Virus record (IMG/VR): IMGVR_UViG_3300028840_001508
Span: 32,962-96,961 of that record
Reading direction: 5' to 3' (one strand)
DNA: 64,000 nucleotides
Source: a virus
Made by a program: the position numbers and the translations under genes. The notes under the pieces are model-generated. The model was given only the letters and a program-made list of their open reading frames with translations, was not told the origin of the DNA and made no database searches. Positions 31,325-40,896 of this stretch are shown one piece after another; position 1 is the first letter of the stretch, and each line of letters starts with the position of its first letter.

Positions 31325-31590
31325 ACTGGAGGCTTGTCTTTCCCCTCCTGACCAAGTATTACGGGTTTATGCCCCAACAGATAGGGGCGTTGACCCTGTA
31401 CCAGTATGATATGTACGTTGCTGGCATCGCTAAAGTAGAGCGGATTCTGAACCCGCAGGCAGGCGGGAAGGAAGAGTACGAGTACGGTGTGGATTCAGCA
31501 GACGAAGGCGACAGGGAAATGGATCGTATAGTCAAGACTGCTGAGACATTCGGCATCAAGCCGCCCAAGTACCAGCCGGATAGGTGGTGA
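31282..31590 (+). CDS. Tail chaperone T segment, probably expressed by -1 frameshift
   Basis: -1 frame is open from 31282; C-CCC-CCG heptamer at 31288-31294; YYGF.PQQIG.LTL.Q motif. Confidence 0.65.
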   Translation, partial: SRPPGRRRGGKRKVNWRLVFPLLTKYYGFMPQQIGALTLYQYDMYVAGIAKVERILNPQAGGKEEYEYGVDSADEGDREMDRIVKTAETFGIKPPKYQPDRW

Positions 31591-31595
31591 TATAG

Positions 31596-31904
31596 ATGAC
31601 ACCTTTTTACAGGCCAACTGAGACTAAGGATTTTTCTTATATACGCTATCAAGGTAGTGGTGACTATAACAGCACATCTGAGCCGTATATAACCGCAGAC
31701 GACCATACATGCCGCTTATCTGTAGATATAACGCCACTCATGAAACAGCTTATAGGTGGCAGTATCGAGGAATTCACCGCCGATATAAAAGGCTTAGAAG
31801 AGAAGATTTGCGCCATGTATGAAGCTATAGAAGAGTTCAACGAGAAATATAAGATACAGATAGAATTGTCCATCGAGGCAGATATGAAGATGGATAAAGA
31901 CTGA
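31596..31904 (+). CDS. Hypothetical protein
   Basis: ORF track. Confidence 0.45.
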   Translation: MTPFYRPTETKDFSYIRYQGSGDYNSTSEPYITADDHTCRLSVDITPLMKQLIGGSIEEFTADIKGLEEKICAMYEAIEEFNEKYKIQIELSIEADMKMDKD

Positions 31905-31986
31905 AATCACGGGACGGGTGCGGTTCAAGTCTCCTCTTTTCCGTGCCTGTCCTGTGATTCAGGTGTTCTTTGATAATTGAATATGA

Positions 31987-32015
31987 TTGACTTTTGACCT
32001 CTTTTGTGTTATAAT
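31987..32015 (+). promoter_or_regulatory. Sigma70-type promoter of the HTH/HNH moron
   Basis: TTGACT-17bp-TATAAT with extended TG. Confidence 0.8.
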
Positions 32016-32079
32016 TGTTTATAATTATTTATAATTGATATTATCTAGTTATTTTCAATTATAATGCAAGGAGGTTAAG

Positions 32080-32259
32080 ATGGCACAGAACGGGAAAATT
32101 CTGACATTAGTACAAGCAGCAGAATTCCTTCAAGTGAGTAAACCGACACTTTATAAGTGGCTTGCGCTCAATAAGATTCCAGCTTATAAAGTTGAAGGAC
32201 ATTGGCGGTTCTTTGAGGATGAATTGAGACAGTGGATACAAGCGCACAAGAGGGATTAA
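32080..32259 (+). CDS. Excisionase-family HTH DNA-binding protein (59 aa, missed by the track)
   Basis: MAQNGKILTLVQAAEFLQVSKPTLYKWLALNKIPAYKVEGHWRFFEDELRQWI; RBS AAGGAGG. Confidence 0.85.
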   Translation: MAQNGKILTLVQAAEFLQVSKPTLYKWLALNKIPAYKVEGHWRFFEDELRQWIQAHKRD

Positions 32260-32263
32260 GCAG

Positions 32264-33292
32264 ATGCCACACAGGAAAATAGAAAAAGCCATAGATAAAG
32301 TGTTATTGCAGGAATTATATGTAGATGAGTGCTTGACTATAGCACAATGTGCCCAAAAGCTTAGGCGATCTGCGAGTGGAATAAGATATTACTTAGATAA
32401 ATATAGCATTGAACGGAGAGCATCGAAACTGCCCAAGAAAATGATTCCCCGCGAATTGCTAGAAAAATTGTATATTCAGCAGAAGTGTACATTGCGTGAA
32501 TGCGGTAAATATTTCAAGGTTGATCCTGTCACGATCAGAACTAGGCTACAAGAGTATAGCATTCCTGTAAGAAGCTACAGTCAGGCCAGAAAACTCTGGT
32601 GTGCTAAACCTGAAGTCAGGCAGAAACTCAGCAAATGGGCCAAAAAGGGCATGGCTAAACCTCAACAGAGGGAAAATATAAGAAGAGTAAATATAGGACA
32701 TGTGCCTGCAAATAAAGGTATAAAATCAGCAGTCAGGGGTTCTAATCATCCACAGTGGCAAGGCGGTAAAACTAGCCTTACTAATAGCATTCGTGCTAGT
32801 GTCCTATATGCAGAATGGCGCGTGAATGTTTTCGAGAAGGACGATTTTACATGTCAGTGCTGTCATAAGCGCGGCGGCTATTTGGAGGCACACCATAAAG
32901 TCAAGCTGGCTAAGATTTTGAAGGAACTTCATATTACGACTATAGATCAAGCACTCGTTTGTCAAGCTTTATGGGATGTTGGGAATGGAATCACGTTCTG
33001 TTTGGATTGTCACGCTAAAAAAGATAAGACTAGGCTTCAGTTTCTTAAGAGAGATCACCAATTCCTTTTGCCTGGCTTTGATCCAACTCCAGTAGACATG
33101 GAAATGCCAGTTACTATTAGTTACATTGCTGAATATGTTGACATCAGCACCTCTACTATAAGGAAATGGGCGGACAAAGGAATACTGAGGACAAAGAGGA
33201 ATGAGCGTGGCCATAGAATATTTCCTCAACCTCAAGTAACGATCACGAAAATACAGGATATTCTTAACGGCAATAATAGTGCTGATTTCTAG
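32264..33292 (+). CDS. HNH endonuclease with N-terminal HTH repeats and a C-terminal MerR-like HTH
   Basis: L.ELY...T...A..L twice; WR..VFEKDDFTCQCC...LEAHH...NGITFC..CH; IAEYVDISTSTIRKWADKG.L...RNERGHR. Confidence 0.85.
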   Translation: MPHRKIEKAIDKVLLQELYVDECLTIAQCAQKLRRSASGIRYYLDKYSIERRASKLPKKMIPRELLEKLYIQQKCTLRECGKYFKVDPVTIRTRLQEYSIPVRSYSQARKLWCAKPEVRQKLSKWAKKGMAKPQQRENIRRVNIGHVPANKGIKSAVRGSNHPQWQGGKTSLTNSIRASVLYAEWRVNVFEKDDFTCQCCHKRGGYLEAHHKVKLAKILKELHITTIDQALVCQALWDVGNGITFCLDCHAKKDKTRLQFLKRDHQFLLPGFDPTPVDMEMPVTISYIAEYVDISTSTIRKWADKGILRTKRNERGHRIFPQPQVTITKIQDILNGNNSADF

Positions 33293-33336
33293 TCAATCAT
33301 ATTCAATAACATTTAGGTAAAATATAATAGTTTGTA

Positions 33337-33382
33337 AAAGAGGAGACATGCAGTATACCTGCTGTCTCCTCTTTTTTATTTT
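33337..33382 (+). terminator. Intrinsic terminator after the HNH moron
   Basis: AAAAGAGGAGACA...TGTCTCCTCTTTT followed by TTATTTT. Confidence 0.7.
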
Positions 33383-33389
33383 CAAGTAG

Positions 33390-36300
33390 GTGGTCAAGAT
33401 TCTTTTAGCTGAAGCATTTGTCGAGGTATCAGCTTCAACATCTAAACTCAAAACGGGCTTACAGTCTGCCCGTAGGCAAACGGAAACCGCCATCGGCAAG
33501 ATGGAACAGACAGTTAAGGGCTTCAGTAGTCAACTCCGCGTTGCCGGCATAGCGGCTACGGCAATGGGGGGGGCTATCACTGGTGCCCTTGCCCTCAGTA
33601 TCAAGACCGCGGCCGGTTTTGAGCAGCAAATGGCAAATACGAGTTCAGTCCTTGGCGGAACTACTGACCAAATATCCAAGCAACAGAAACAACTTGGCAA
33701 CTATGCCCGTGAGATGGCACGTCAGACTGTATTCTCTGCGCGTGAAGCTGCCGGTGCGATGTACCACCTTGCTTCCGCAGGTATGGCTACCGAAGAGATT
33801 ATGAAGTCACTGAAGGGAACGTTGGATTTAGCTGCCGCTACTGCATCGGGCCTAGATGAAGCTACAGCTACAGTTGCCTCAACACTTAAACAGTATGCCC
33901 TTGATGCTTCAGAGGCAGAACGCGTAAGCAACATATTCAGTGCGACCATCAGTTCAAGTATGGCAACGATGGACAAGTTGACTGCCAGTATGTCCTACGT
34001 CGGCCCGGTCGCTAAGTCCGTGGGAATGACGCTGGAAGAAACAGCCGCTATACTTGGGAAAATCTACGATGCAGGTATACCCGCTTCTATGGCTGGAACC
34101 TCCCTCCGCATGGCGATGGCTAAGCTGAGCAAGCCCACCAAAGACGTGAAGAACGCCCTGAAAGAGATGCAGCTAACTGTCACTGATGCGAGTGGTAATC
34201 TGCGCCCGTTCATTGAGATTATTCGCGACCTGGGCGACGCTAATATGACCACGGCGCAGGCAATGGCTTTATTTGGCACACGAGCAGGGCCGTCAATGTT
34301 AGCTCTTGTCTCGCAGGGTGCAGCTTCTATAGATGTTCTGCGGGAGAAGATAACGGGAACCAGCAAAGCCACGGAAATGGCAGAGCGGCAGGTCAGTACC
34401 TTCCAGGGACAGTTGACTATCCTACGTTCAGCCTTCGAGGAACTTCAAATCACAGTAGGAACACACTTCCTGCCACTTCTGACGGATCTGGTCAAGCGGG
34501 TCAAGTCTATCGTAGATGCGATGGCGAACTGGGCGAAGGCGCATCCGACGCTAACCAACGCGCTGATGAAGATGGCGGCTGTGCTGGGTCCTATGCTGGC
34601 AGCGGGCGGCGTACTGATGATAATGGCTCCTACGCTTCTGAGCGTAGCCAAAGCAGCGAGCGTTCTCGCTGTCGGTCTTTCTTCTACGCTAGTGCCTGCC
34701 ATCAAAGCCGCAGGTGCAGCACTGATCTGGCTATCAGCACATCCCGTAGTTGCAGCGGCCGGTGCGCTGACCATATTGGGTACAGCATTAGCACTCTATG
34801 TTAGCAAAGGCGAAGATGCCAAAAGAGTCACGCAGGAGTTAGTTGATACATATAGCAATCTGCAAAACCTGTCAGAGATAGAGATAGACGTAAAGATAGA
34901 TAAAGCAGAAAAATCCCTGGCACGGCTATCAAAAAAGATATGGGATCTTCACGAGAGATACACAAAAGTTATGGAGGTCTACGCTAAAGCCGATGGTGGA
35001 ATCTTCGGCATCAGCAAGAGCGAGGCCGGGTCAGTAGTCGCTTTTGTGGAAAAGGATCTCAGGAAAGTACAAGCGGAATATGACGAGCTTGCGGCTGCAC
35101 TGGGAAAACTCAAAACAGCCCAGGAGGACTATACCTATGCCATAGTCAGGGCATCTGACGTATCTATAGCCGCAACTGAAAAGGACATGCGGGCAATAGG
35201 CGAGAAGATATGGAAGCTGAGGGAGACTGAAGCGCACTATAAGCGCATGGCAGAAACAGCCGTCGGGCAGAAGATGACCAAGCACTGGGAAACAGGGCTG
35301 GAAAGTGTCAGGAGCAAACTGGAGGCCGCCTTAGCCGAGTATGCTGCTGCCGATAAAAAGTACCAGGGTATGATAGCCAGCATTAATACATATAACGCTG
35401 CGCTTGCTGGCACTGCTGAATCCACAAAAGATATAAAGCCCCCTACTGAAGCTGTTACAGGTTCGCTATCCGACCTTCAGGATATTCTGACCGCCGCCAA
35501 CCTCTCATTTGCCGATCTGGGCGTGAAGCTTGAAACCGATACAGGCGCAATGCGGACGTTTGGCGAAGTCGTGGTTGATACTTCAGCCGCGTTGAAGAGT
35601 CTACTCAAAGAGGGCATAGCACCACCGCCGCCAACTATAGCGGGCATTTCTGCCATGATGAAGGGTTTTGCTGAAACGCGTCCTGAAGAGGCGGCAAAGA
35701 AGCAGGCCGAGGCTGTAGGCAAGATAGCGGAAGGCTTGCAAAAGGAACTAGCTACTTTCAAATGGGGCGCTTTCGTCAAAGGGCCTGAAGGCGAACTGCG
35801 CTTTGTAGATACCCGCCAGATGGCTAAGGATAAGGCAGAGGCAGAAAAACTCTTTGCCGATATAGACAAAGCCTTCGCTAAACGCCAAGATACTTTCAAA
35901 GACGCGATGATACTCAGGGGCAAACTCTTCGAGTATGTGAAAGAAGTTGCAGCAAAGAATACCAAAGCCAGTTATGAAGCATGGCAGGACATGTCTGACG
36001 CTATAGGCAAGCTCATAGACGCTACGGCAAAGAAGAAAGAGAAAGCAGATGCAGATGAACTGAAACGGCTGAAATCACTGCAAGAAAAGATACAAGAAGC
36101 CATATCAGACGCTAAAAAAGCTGAAGTCGATGCTACTGAGAAAGCGAAGCAAGTCAATATCAAGGCATGGGAAGAACAGTATGATTACGTGCGAAATGAG
36201 CTTCGCAGCGTGCAGTACGCCTTTGAGGATATGCTGACGGGCTTGATGTCAGGCATGGACAGTTTCAGAGATACGTGGAAGGCGTTTTGGGCAGACCTGA

Positions 36301-37343
36301 AGGACATAGCGCGACGGAAGTTAGCTGAGTTGATAGCTGACAAAGCTTTCGATGCGCTTGCTGCTGTATTTGTAGGAAAAGGCACTACTACAACAACCAG
36401 TACCGATGAGCTAGGGCGGATCATGGGCTATGCGGCGAAAGAGGAAGCGGCGGCAGCAAAGGCCACAAAGAAAGCAGCGAAGGATCTGAGTTTGGCATCA
36501 GGTAATTTCCTGACCAGCATTAGCCAGATGGGGGTCATACTCGGATCGCTTGAGGTTATCGGCGGCCTTGCAAGTGCGGTCGCTGGCGGCGGCCCAAGGC
36601 ATTATGCGCAAGTGACACCTGCAAGTGTGAAGATTACCGAGGAATCCAGAGAGATGCTGCGGTTCATGGGCAAGTCTGAAGCGGCTATTGATAATCTTGA
36701 GAGGACTTTGACTGAGCAGTATGCTAATGACATAGCATCGCTAAGAGATCAGATAATATTTTTCAGCAAGCACATGGCGACTACCCAGGGCGGCATCAAG
36801 GCGGGCATAGACGAGCTAAACGCCAGCACAGAAGAGATGTGTAACGTCTTCATCGGCGGCCAGGCGCAGCAGATGACCAAGACCGAGCTTGCGTCTGTGC
36901 TGGAGTCATTGACAGGCGGCATTCCGAGGGAATTGGGCAAGTACGGCAGGATGGACTTCAACATCCCGCCACTTCCACCAGCCATGCCCGTATCAACTAT
37001 TCCAGATGAACTAAAAGCGGCAGCGGCAGCGGTGCAATCCTCATTTGCATCCGGTATAGGCGTGCCGTCCAGCGTCCTGAAGTTCAAGGACACGGCGATG
37101 AACCTGGCATTTCCTGAGCCATCAGTTCCGACTATCACATACGCACCAGGCGCAGCCCCCCCCGGTTCAGTGCAAGCCCCCGCGCGACAGACAGTGGTGG
37201 ACAACATGAAAGTGGAGATAGTCTTTCCCAACGCCGACATAATGCACATGAGCAGGGGTGACGTGGAAACGGTGGTCAGAACAAAGATACTGCCCGCCTT
37301 GCGTGATGTAGAACGCTCAGGGCATAGCAGCAGGATATACTGA
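33390..37343 (+). CDS. Tail tape measure protein (TP901-like core)
   Basis: FEQQM...T.FSA.EAA.AM..LA.AG...LDLAAA...YVGPVA...G..LEETAA..G...AGTSLR; 1317 aa, helical. Confidence 0.95.
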   Translation: MVKILLAEAFVEVSASTSKLKTGLQSARRQTETAIGKMEQTVKGFSSQLRVAGIAATAMGGAITGALALSIKTAAGFEQQMANTSSVLGGTTDQISKQQKQLGNYAREMARQTVFSAREAAGAMYHLASAGMATEEIMKSLKGTLDLAAATASGLDEATATVASTLKQYALDASEAERVSNIFSATISSSMATMDKLTASMSYVGPVAKSVGMTLEETAAILGKIYDAGIPASMAGTSLRMAMAKLSKPTKDVKNALKEMQLTVTDASGNLRPFIEIIRDLGDANMTTAQAMALFGTRAGPSMLALVSQGAASIDVLREKITGTSKATEMAERQVSTFQGQLTILRSAFEELQITVGTHFLPLLTDLVKRVKSIVDAMANWAKAHPTLTNALMKMAAVLGPMLAAGGVLMIMAPTLLSVAKAASVLAVGLSSTLVPAIKAAGAALIWLSAHPVVAAAGALTILGTALALYVSKGEDAKRVTQELVDTYSNLQNLSEIEIDVKIDKAEKSLARLSKKIWDLHERYTKVMEVYAKADGGIFGISKSEAGSVVAFVEKDLRKVQAEYDELAAALGKLKTAQEDYTYAIVRASDVSIAATEKDMRAIGEKIWKLRETEAHYKRMAETAVGQKMTKHWETGLESVRSKLEAALAEYAAADKKYQGMIASINTYNAALAGTAESTKDIKPPTEAVTGSLSDLQDILTAANLSFADLGVKLETDTGAMRTFGEVVVDTSAALKSLLKEGIAPPPPTIAGISAMMKGFAETRPEEAAKKQAEAVGKIAEGLQKELATFKWGAFVKGPEGELRFVDTRQMAKDKAEAEKLFADIDKAFAKRQDTFKDAMILRGKLFEYVKEVAAKNTKASYEAWQDMSDAIGKLIDATAKKKEKADADELKRLKSLQEKIQEAISDAKKAEVDATEKAKQVNIKAWEEQYDYVRNELRSVQYAFEDMLTGLMSGMDSFRDTWKAFWADLKDIARRKLAELIADKAFDALAAVFVGKGTTTTTSTDELGRIMGYAAKEEAAAAKATKKAAKDLSLASGNFLTSISQMGVILGSLEVIGGLASAVAGGGPRHYAQVTPASVKITEESREMLRFMGKSEAAIDNLERTLTEQYANDIASLRDQIIFFSKHMATTQGGIKAGIDELNASTEEMCNVFIGGQAQQMTKTELASVLESLTGGIPRELGKYGRMDFNIPPLPPAMPVSTIPDELKAAAAAVQSSFASGIGVPSSVLKFKDTAMNLAFPEPSVPTITYAPGAAPPGSVQAPARQTVVDNMKVEIVFPNADIMHMSRGDVETVVRTKILPALRDVERSGHSSRIY

Positions 37344-37355
37344 GGAATGATGTAA

Positions 37356-37751
37356 ATGGCAGACGTGATGAAGCTAAAGAAAGGGGCAACCGAGGTCAAT
37401 TTCTCCCCGCTTGCCAGGGAAGGTGCATACCTGGAGCCAGAGGACCAGGGAAGGGTAACGCATCTGACACTGGATAAGACTGTCTATCAATATGACTTTG
37501 CTGATAAGTACCTGAAAAGCGTCACGATCAACAATATGAGCCAGAATAACGCAGGCACGATCAAAAACTGGTTTAAGGCAGGAAGCACCATCAAATACTT
37601 TCCCGACATGATAAATGCGGCATCAACGAGCATCACCGTGAAGATCATGGGCGAGAGATTCCCGCTTCAGATCATGCCCGAAGGCGGCTGGCGCGAGAGC
37701 GAGTGGGCGACATGCAAGTATACGGGTACGCTGATACTGAGGGAGGCGTAG
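37356..37751 (+). CDS. Probable distal tail protein
   Basis: Position after the tape measure; C-terminal YTGTLILRE. Confidence 0.6.
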   Translation: MADVMKLKKGATEVNFSPLAREGAYLEPEDQGRVTHLTLDKTVYQYDFADKYLKSVTINNMSQNNAGTIKNWFKAGSTIKYFPDMINAASTSITVKIMGERFPLQIMPEGGWRESEWATCKYTGTLILREA

Positions 37752-38855
37752 ATGGCTGCCAGTGCAAGCTTCAAGGCATTAGCGGATGCGACATACGCAA
37801 AGCCCAGGGTGCGGTTCAAGTTTGACGACGTGAATTATAGTGACTATGTGCTAAAGATAGGGCAGATTAGCAGGGATACAGAGGTAACGGCGGGCAATGT
37901 CAATATTGATGTGGTAAATACCGATCAGACCTTTAACATCCTGTCATCTACACCGACGAAGCTAGGCAACTATGCACAGGTGGAACTGTATTTCCCCGGC
38001 TTGTCAGAATATGAATCGCTATTTAAGGGAACATTGGAAAAGGCGATATTCAATACAGATGGTACTGTTACACTGCAATGCAGGGACAGGATGGCGACTA
38101 TGCTGGAGAAGCCGATAGGCTACGGCACAGCGCCCGTGACATTTGCAGCAACCGGCCCTGCATCGCTAGTCTGGGATATATTGACTAATACTAATTATGG
38201 CGAATTGAACAGTGGCACTACCACAGGCAACCCGGATATAGACTACACTAGCTGGACTAACTGGCGTACTAGCATGAACAGCCAGTCGTTTAAGCTGGCG
38301 GCGCGATCGGCAGGGGCCAGCATCAGGGAGTTATTGCAGTTAATAGCTGACCTGACTAATTCTCTGATCTGGGTAAATGGCGATGGCAAGTTCGACTTCC
38401 AGTGGAGCTTCTACAGCAATGACAGGCTCTTCACCCGGTCAAACTGTCTGGCTATCAGTAGGGACATAGAAGAGGAATCACTGGCAAATACAGTGGGTGC
38501 TGGCTACGGATATGATACTGACACAGGCTTCTGGGCGGGACTGACTTCATCTTCCAGTGTATCCAGCCAGGACGACTACGGCAAGAAAGCCGTATACTTC
38601 GAGAATAAGACCGTGTGGCACGCCACGTCTACCAGCGCATCCAACTTCTGCACGGGCTACCTTGCATTGCATGATGCGCCTATAGAGCATATATATCTCA
38701 CTTCTACGCTATATGGCTATACAGCGTATATAGGCGGCGACGTGCGGGTTACGGATAGCTTGCTGGATATTAGCACAGCTAGTTTGAGGATAGAGGAGAT
38801 AGACGGTATAGATGTCAACAAGGGGCTTATCTACCTGAGCGGGAGACTGATATGA
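37752..38855 (+). CDS. Probable baseplate hub/Tal-like protein
   Basis: LFKGT......VTL.CRD; LLQ.IA.......WVNGDGKF.F; N.V...Y; SQ..YG. Confidence 0.7.
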   Translation: MAASASFKALADATYAKPRVRFKFDDVNYSDYVLKIGQISRDTEVTAGNVNIDVVNTDQTFNILSSTPTKLGNYAQVELYFPGLSEYESLFKGTLEKAIFNTDGTVTLQCRDRMATMLEKPIGYGTAPVTFAATGPASLVWDILTNTNYGELNSGTTTGNPDIDYTSWTNWRTSMNSQSFKLAARSAGASIRELLQLIADLTNSLIWVNGDGKFDFQWSFYSNDRLFTRSNCLAISRDIEEESLANTVGAGYGYDTDTGFWAGLTSSSSVSSQDDYGKKAVYFENKTVWHATSTSASNFCTGYLALHDAPIEHIYLTSTLYGYTAYIGGDVRVTDSLLDISTASLRIEEIDGIDVNKGLIYLSGRLI

Positions 38856-39283
38856 GGCGAAGATATCCAGAAGTAGGCAGGCGAGCGCACGAAGATGACC
38901 CTTATGCCCATCACGTTCAGAGCAAGATATATGCTATCAAGGTCTATGCTCATGATGGTGCTCTTTCCGCCGGCGACGGTGCTACTTATGAAGCCATACC
39001 TTCATACCTGAATGGGATGAAACTGGTATGTGCAGAGGCCCATGTATTTACAGCCTCCAGCAGCGGAACAGTAAGTGTGATGATACACAACTATACTGAT
39101 ACTGTGGACATGTTAAGCAGTACGATAGATATAGCTGCAAGCGCAAAGCATACAACAACAACGGCTGTAGATACAGATAATAATACTGTCGCTACGGGTG
39201 ACGAAATACGCGTGGATATAGATGGCGCTGGAACCGGATCAAAGGGTCTGATGCTATTTCTAACCTTCAAGCGGTATAGCTAG
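38852..39283 (+). CDS. Tail-associated structural protein
   Basis: V..GD.IRVDID.AGTG.KGL motif; position. Confidence 0.55.
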   Translation: MRRRYPEVGRRAHEDDPYAHHVQSKIYAIKVYAHDGALSAGDGATYEAIPSYLNGMKLVCAEAHVFTASSSGTVSVMIHNYTDTVDMLSSTIDIAASAKHTTTTAVDTDNNTVATGDEIRVDIDGAGTGSKGLMLFLTFKRYS

Positions 39284-39292
39284 GGGCAGACA

Positions 39293-40894
39293 ATGAAGGA
39301 GAGGAAGCTGGTACTGACTATTGCAGTCGGGGAGGCATATCAGAAGATAGCTGAGTATACGCATCCGACACTGAAGCGATACGCTGACCATATCGGCGCA
39401 GACTTCATAGTGATAGATGAATCTAATAGCAGTACACCACACTGGGAGAAGTTCCAGATATGCCAGTTATTGAACCAGTATGACCGCATCATCTATTTGG
39501 ACACAGATCTGATAGTGAGAGATGATTGCCCTGATCTGTTTGAGATAGTTCCGAAGTTCAAGCTAGGCATGTTTAACGAAGCGCAGTTTACGGGTGGACG
39601 AATGATAGCACTGCACGATATCTGCAATGAATACGGTGAAACGCTGCCTGACTGGAACGGGAAGTATTATAACAGCGGGGTCATGGTCATATCAGCGCGG
39701 CATAACAGGCTGTTCCGAAAGCCAGAAAAGGAAGTCTCCCACTTTCACGAGCAGAGTTATCTCAATATGATGATAGCTAAAGAGAAAATAGATATGTTTG
39801 ACCTGGAATATCAGTTCAATAGGATGTCGTGTATGGACAGGTTCACAGGCGAAGACCGCTTTGCTTCATATATCATCCATTACGCAGGGCTGGAAGGGCG
39901 TATGGGTATGCCATTCGTCCAGAACCTCATACCCCAGGATATAGCCAGATGGGAAATGGATTCACCCGAATATGAGTATCAGCATCACATACTGATTGAC
40001 GTTCAGGGTGGCTTAGGCGACCAGGTATGCGCCGAACCAGCAATACGCTTTATCAAAGAGAATATTTACACTGATGATGATATAAATGTAGTGACACACT
40101 TCCCGCGTATCTTCCAGCATCTTGGCTTACCTGTATTCAAACACGGTGAGTTCAGGCGGAAGCCCGACACGCCATACTATTCTATGCTTTCCCTGCCAGG
40201 GCCGGATAAGCCTATGTGGGCTTTTGTCTCGAACCTGCTCTGTCACACAATAGATTACTGCGCTATGGCTCTGATGCGTCAGACATTGCCAGTGAATGAC
40301 AAGCGCGTGCAGTTGACCTATTCCCTCGATGACGTATCAAGGGCGATAGAGGTGATAGGCATCCGCAACCTGAATGAGCTTGTGCTGGTACATCCTGGAA
40401 GGCACTGGCAGAGCAAGACGTTTCCCGCTGGTTGGTGGCAATCGCTGATCGACGGTTTACATAACGCTGGACTGCCTGTTTGCCTTATTGGTTTTGATGA
40501 GTGCGAGGTAGTGGGTCTGGCTGATATAGAGACAAGGGAAGGTATGATAGATACACGGGACAGGCTTGACCTGGGGGCGTTGATAGCCTTGATAGCGAAT
40601 GCAAAGATAGTTATTTCAAATGACAGCAGCCCGATTCACATAGCGGGCGCATTCGACAACTGGATCTTCCTGATCCCGACGTGCAAGCATCCCGACCATC
40701 TTCTCCCCTGGCGGCATGGTTCGCAGAACTACAAGACACGATGCTTCTACAAGAAGCTGGCATGTCAGGAATTTGACAGCAGACCGACTACAGTGCATGG
40801 GTCAAGCGGTGAATTCACCAAGTCCAGAATACTAGAATATTTGCCAGATATAAGCAATATTGTCAAAATAACTAAGAAAATTGTAGGAGCATAG
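39293..40894 (+). CDS. GT8-like + GT9-like fusion glycosyltransferase
   Basis: YDRIIYLDTD...YYNSGVMV...EQSYLN...IHYAG; GGLGDQV; ISNDSSPIHIAGA. Confidence 0.85.
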   Translation: MKERKLVLTIAVGEAYQKIAEYTHPTLKRYADHIGADFIVIDESNSSTPHWEKFQICQLLNQYDRIIYLDTDLIVRDDCPDLFEIVPKFKLGMFNEAQFTGGRMIALHDICNEYGETLPDWNGKYYNSGVMVISARHNRLFRKPEKEVSHFHEQSYLNMMIAKEKIDMFDLEYQFNRMSCMDRFTGEDRFASYIIHYAGLEGRMGMPFVQNLIPQDIARWEMDSPEYEYQHHILIDVQGGLGDQVCAEPAIRFIKENIYTDDDINVVTHFPRIFQHLGLPVFKHGEFRRKPDTPYYSMLSLPGPDKPMWAFVSNLLCHTIDYCAMALMRQTLPVNDKRVQLTYSLDDVSRAIEVIGIRNLNELVLVHPGRHWQSKTFPAGWWQSLIDGLHNAGLPVCLIGFDECEVVGLADIETREGMIDTRDRLDLGALIALIANAKIVISNDSSPIHIAGAFDNWIFLIPTCKHPDHLLPWRHGSQNYKTRCFYKKLACQEFDSRPTTVHGSSGEFTKSRILEYLPDISNIVKITKKIVGA

Positions 40895-40896
40895 AA

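Noticed and set aside
31915-31935. tRNA fragment (GGTTCAAGTC) or att site
   Set aside because: No D or anticodon arm; explained as part of a long hairpin; no integrase in the window
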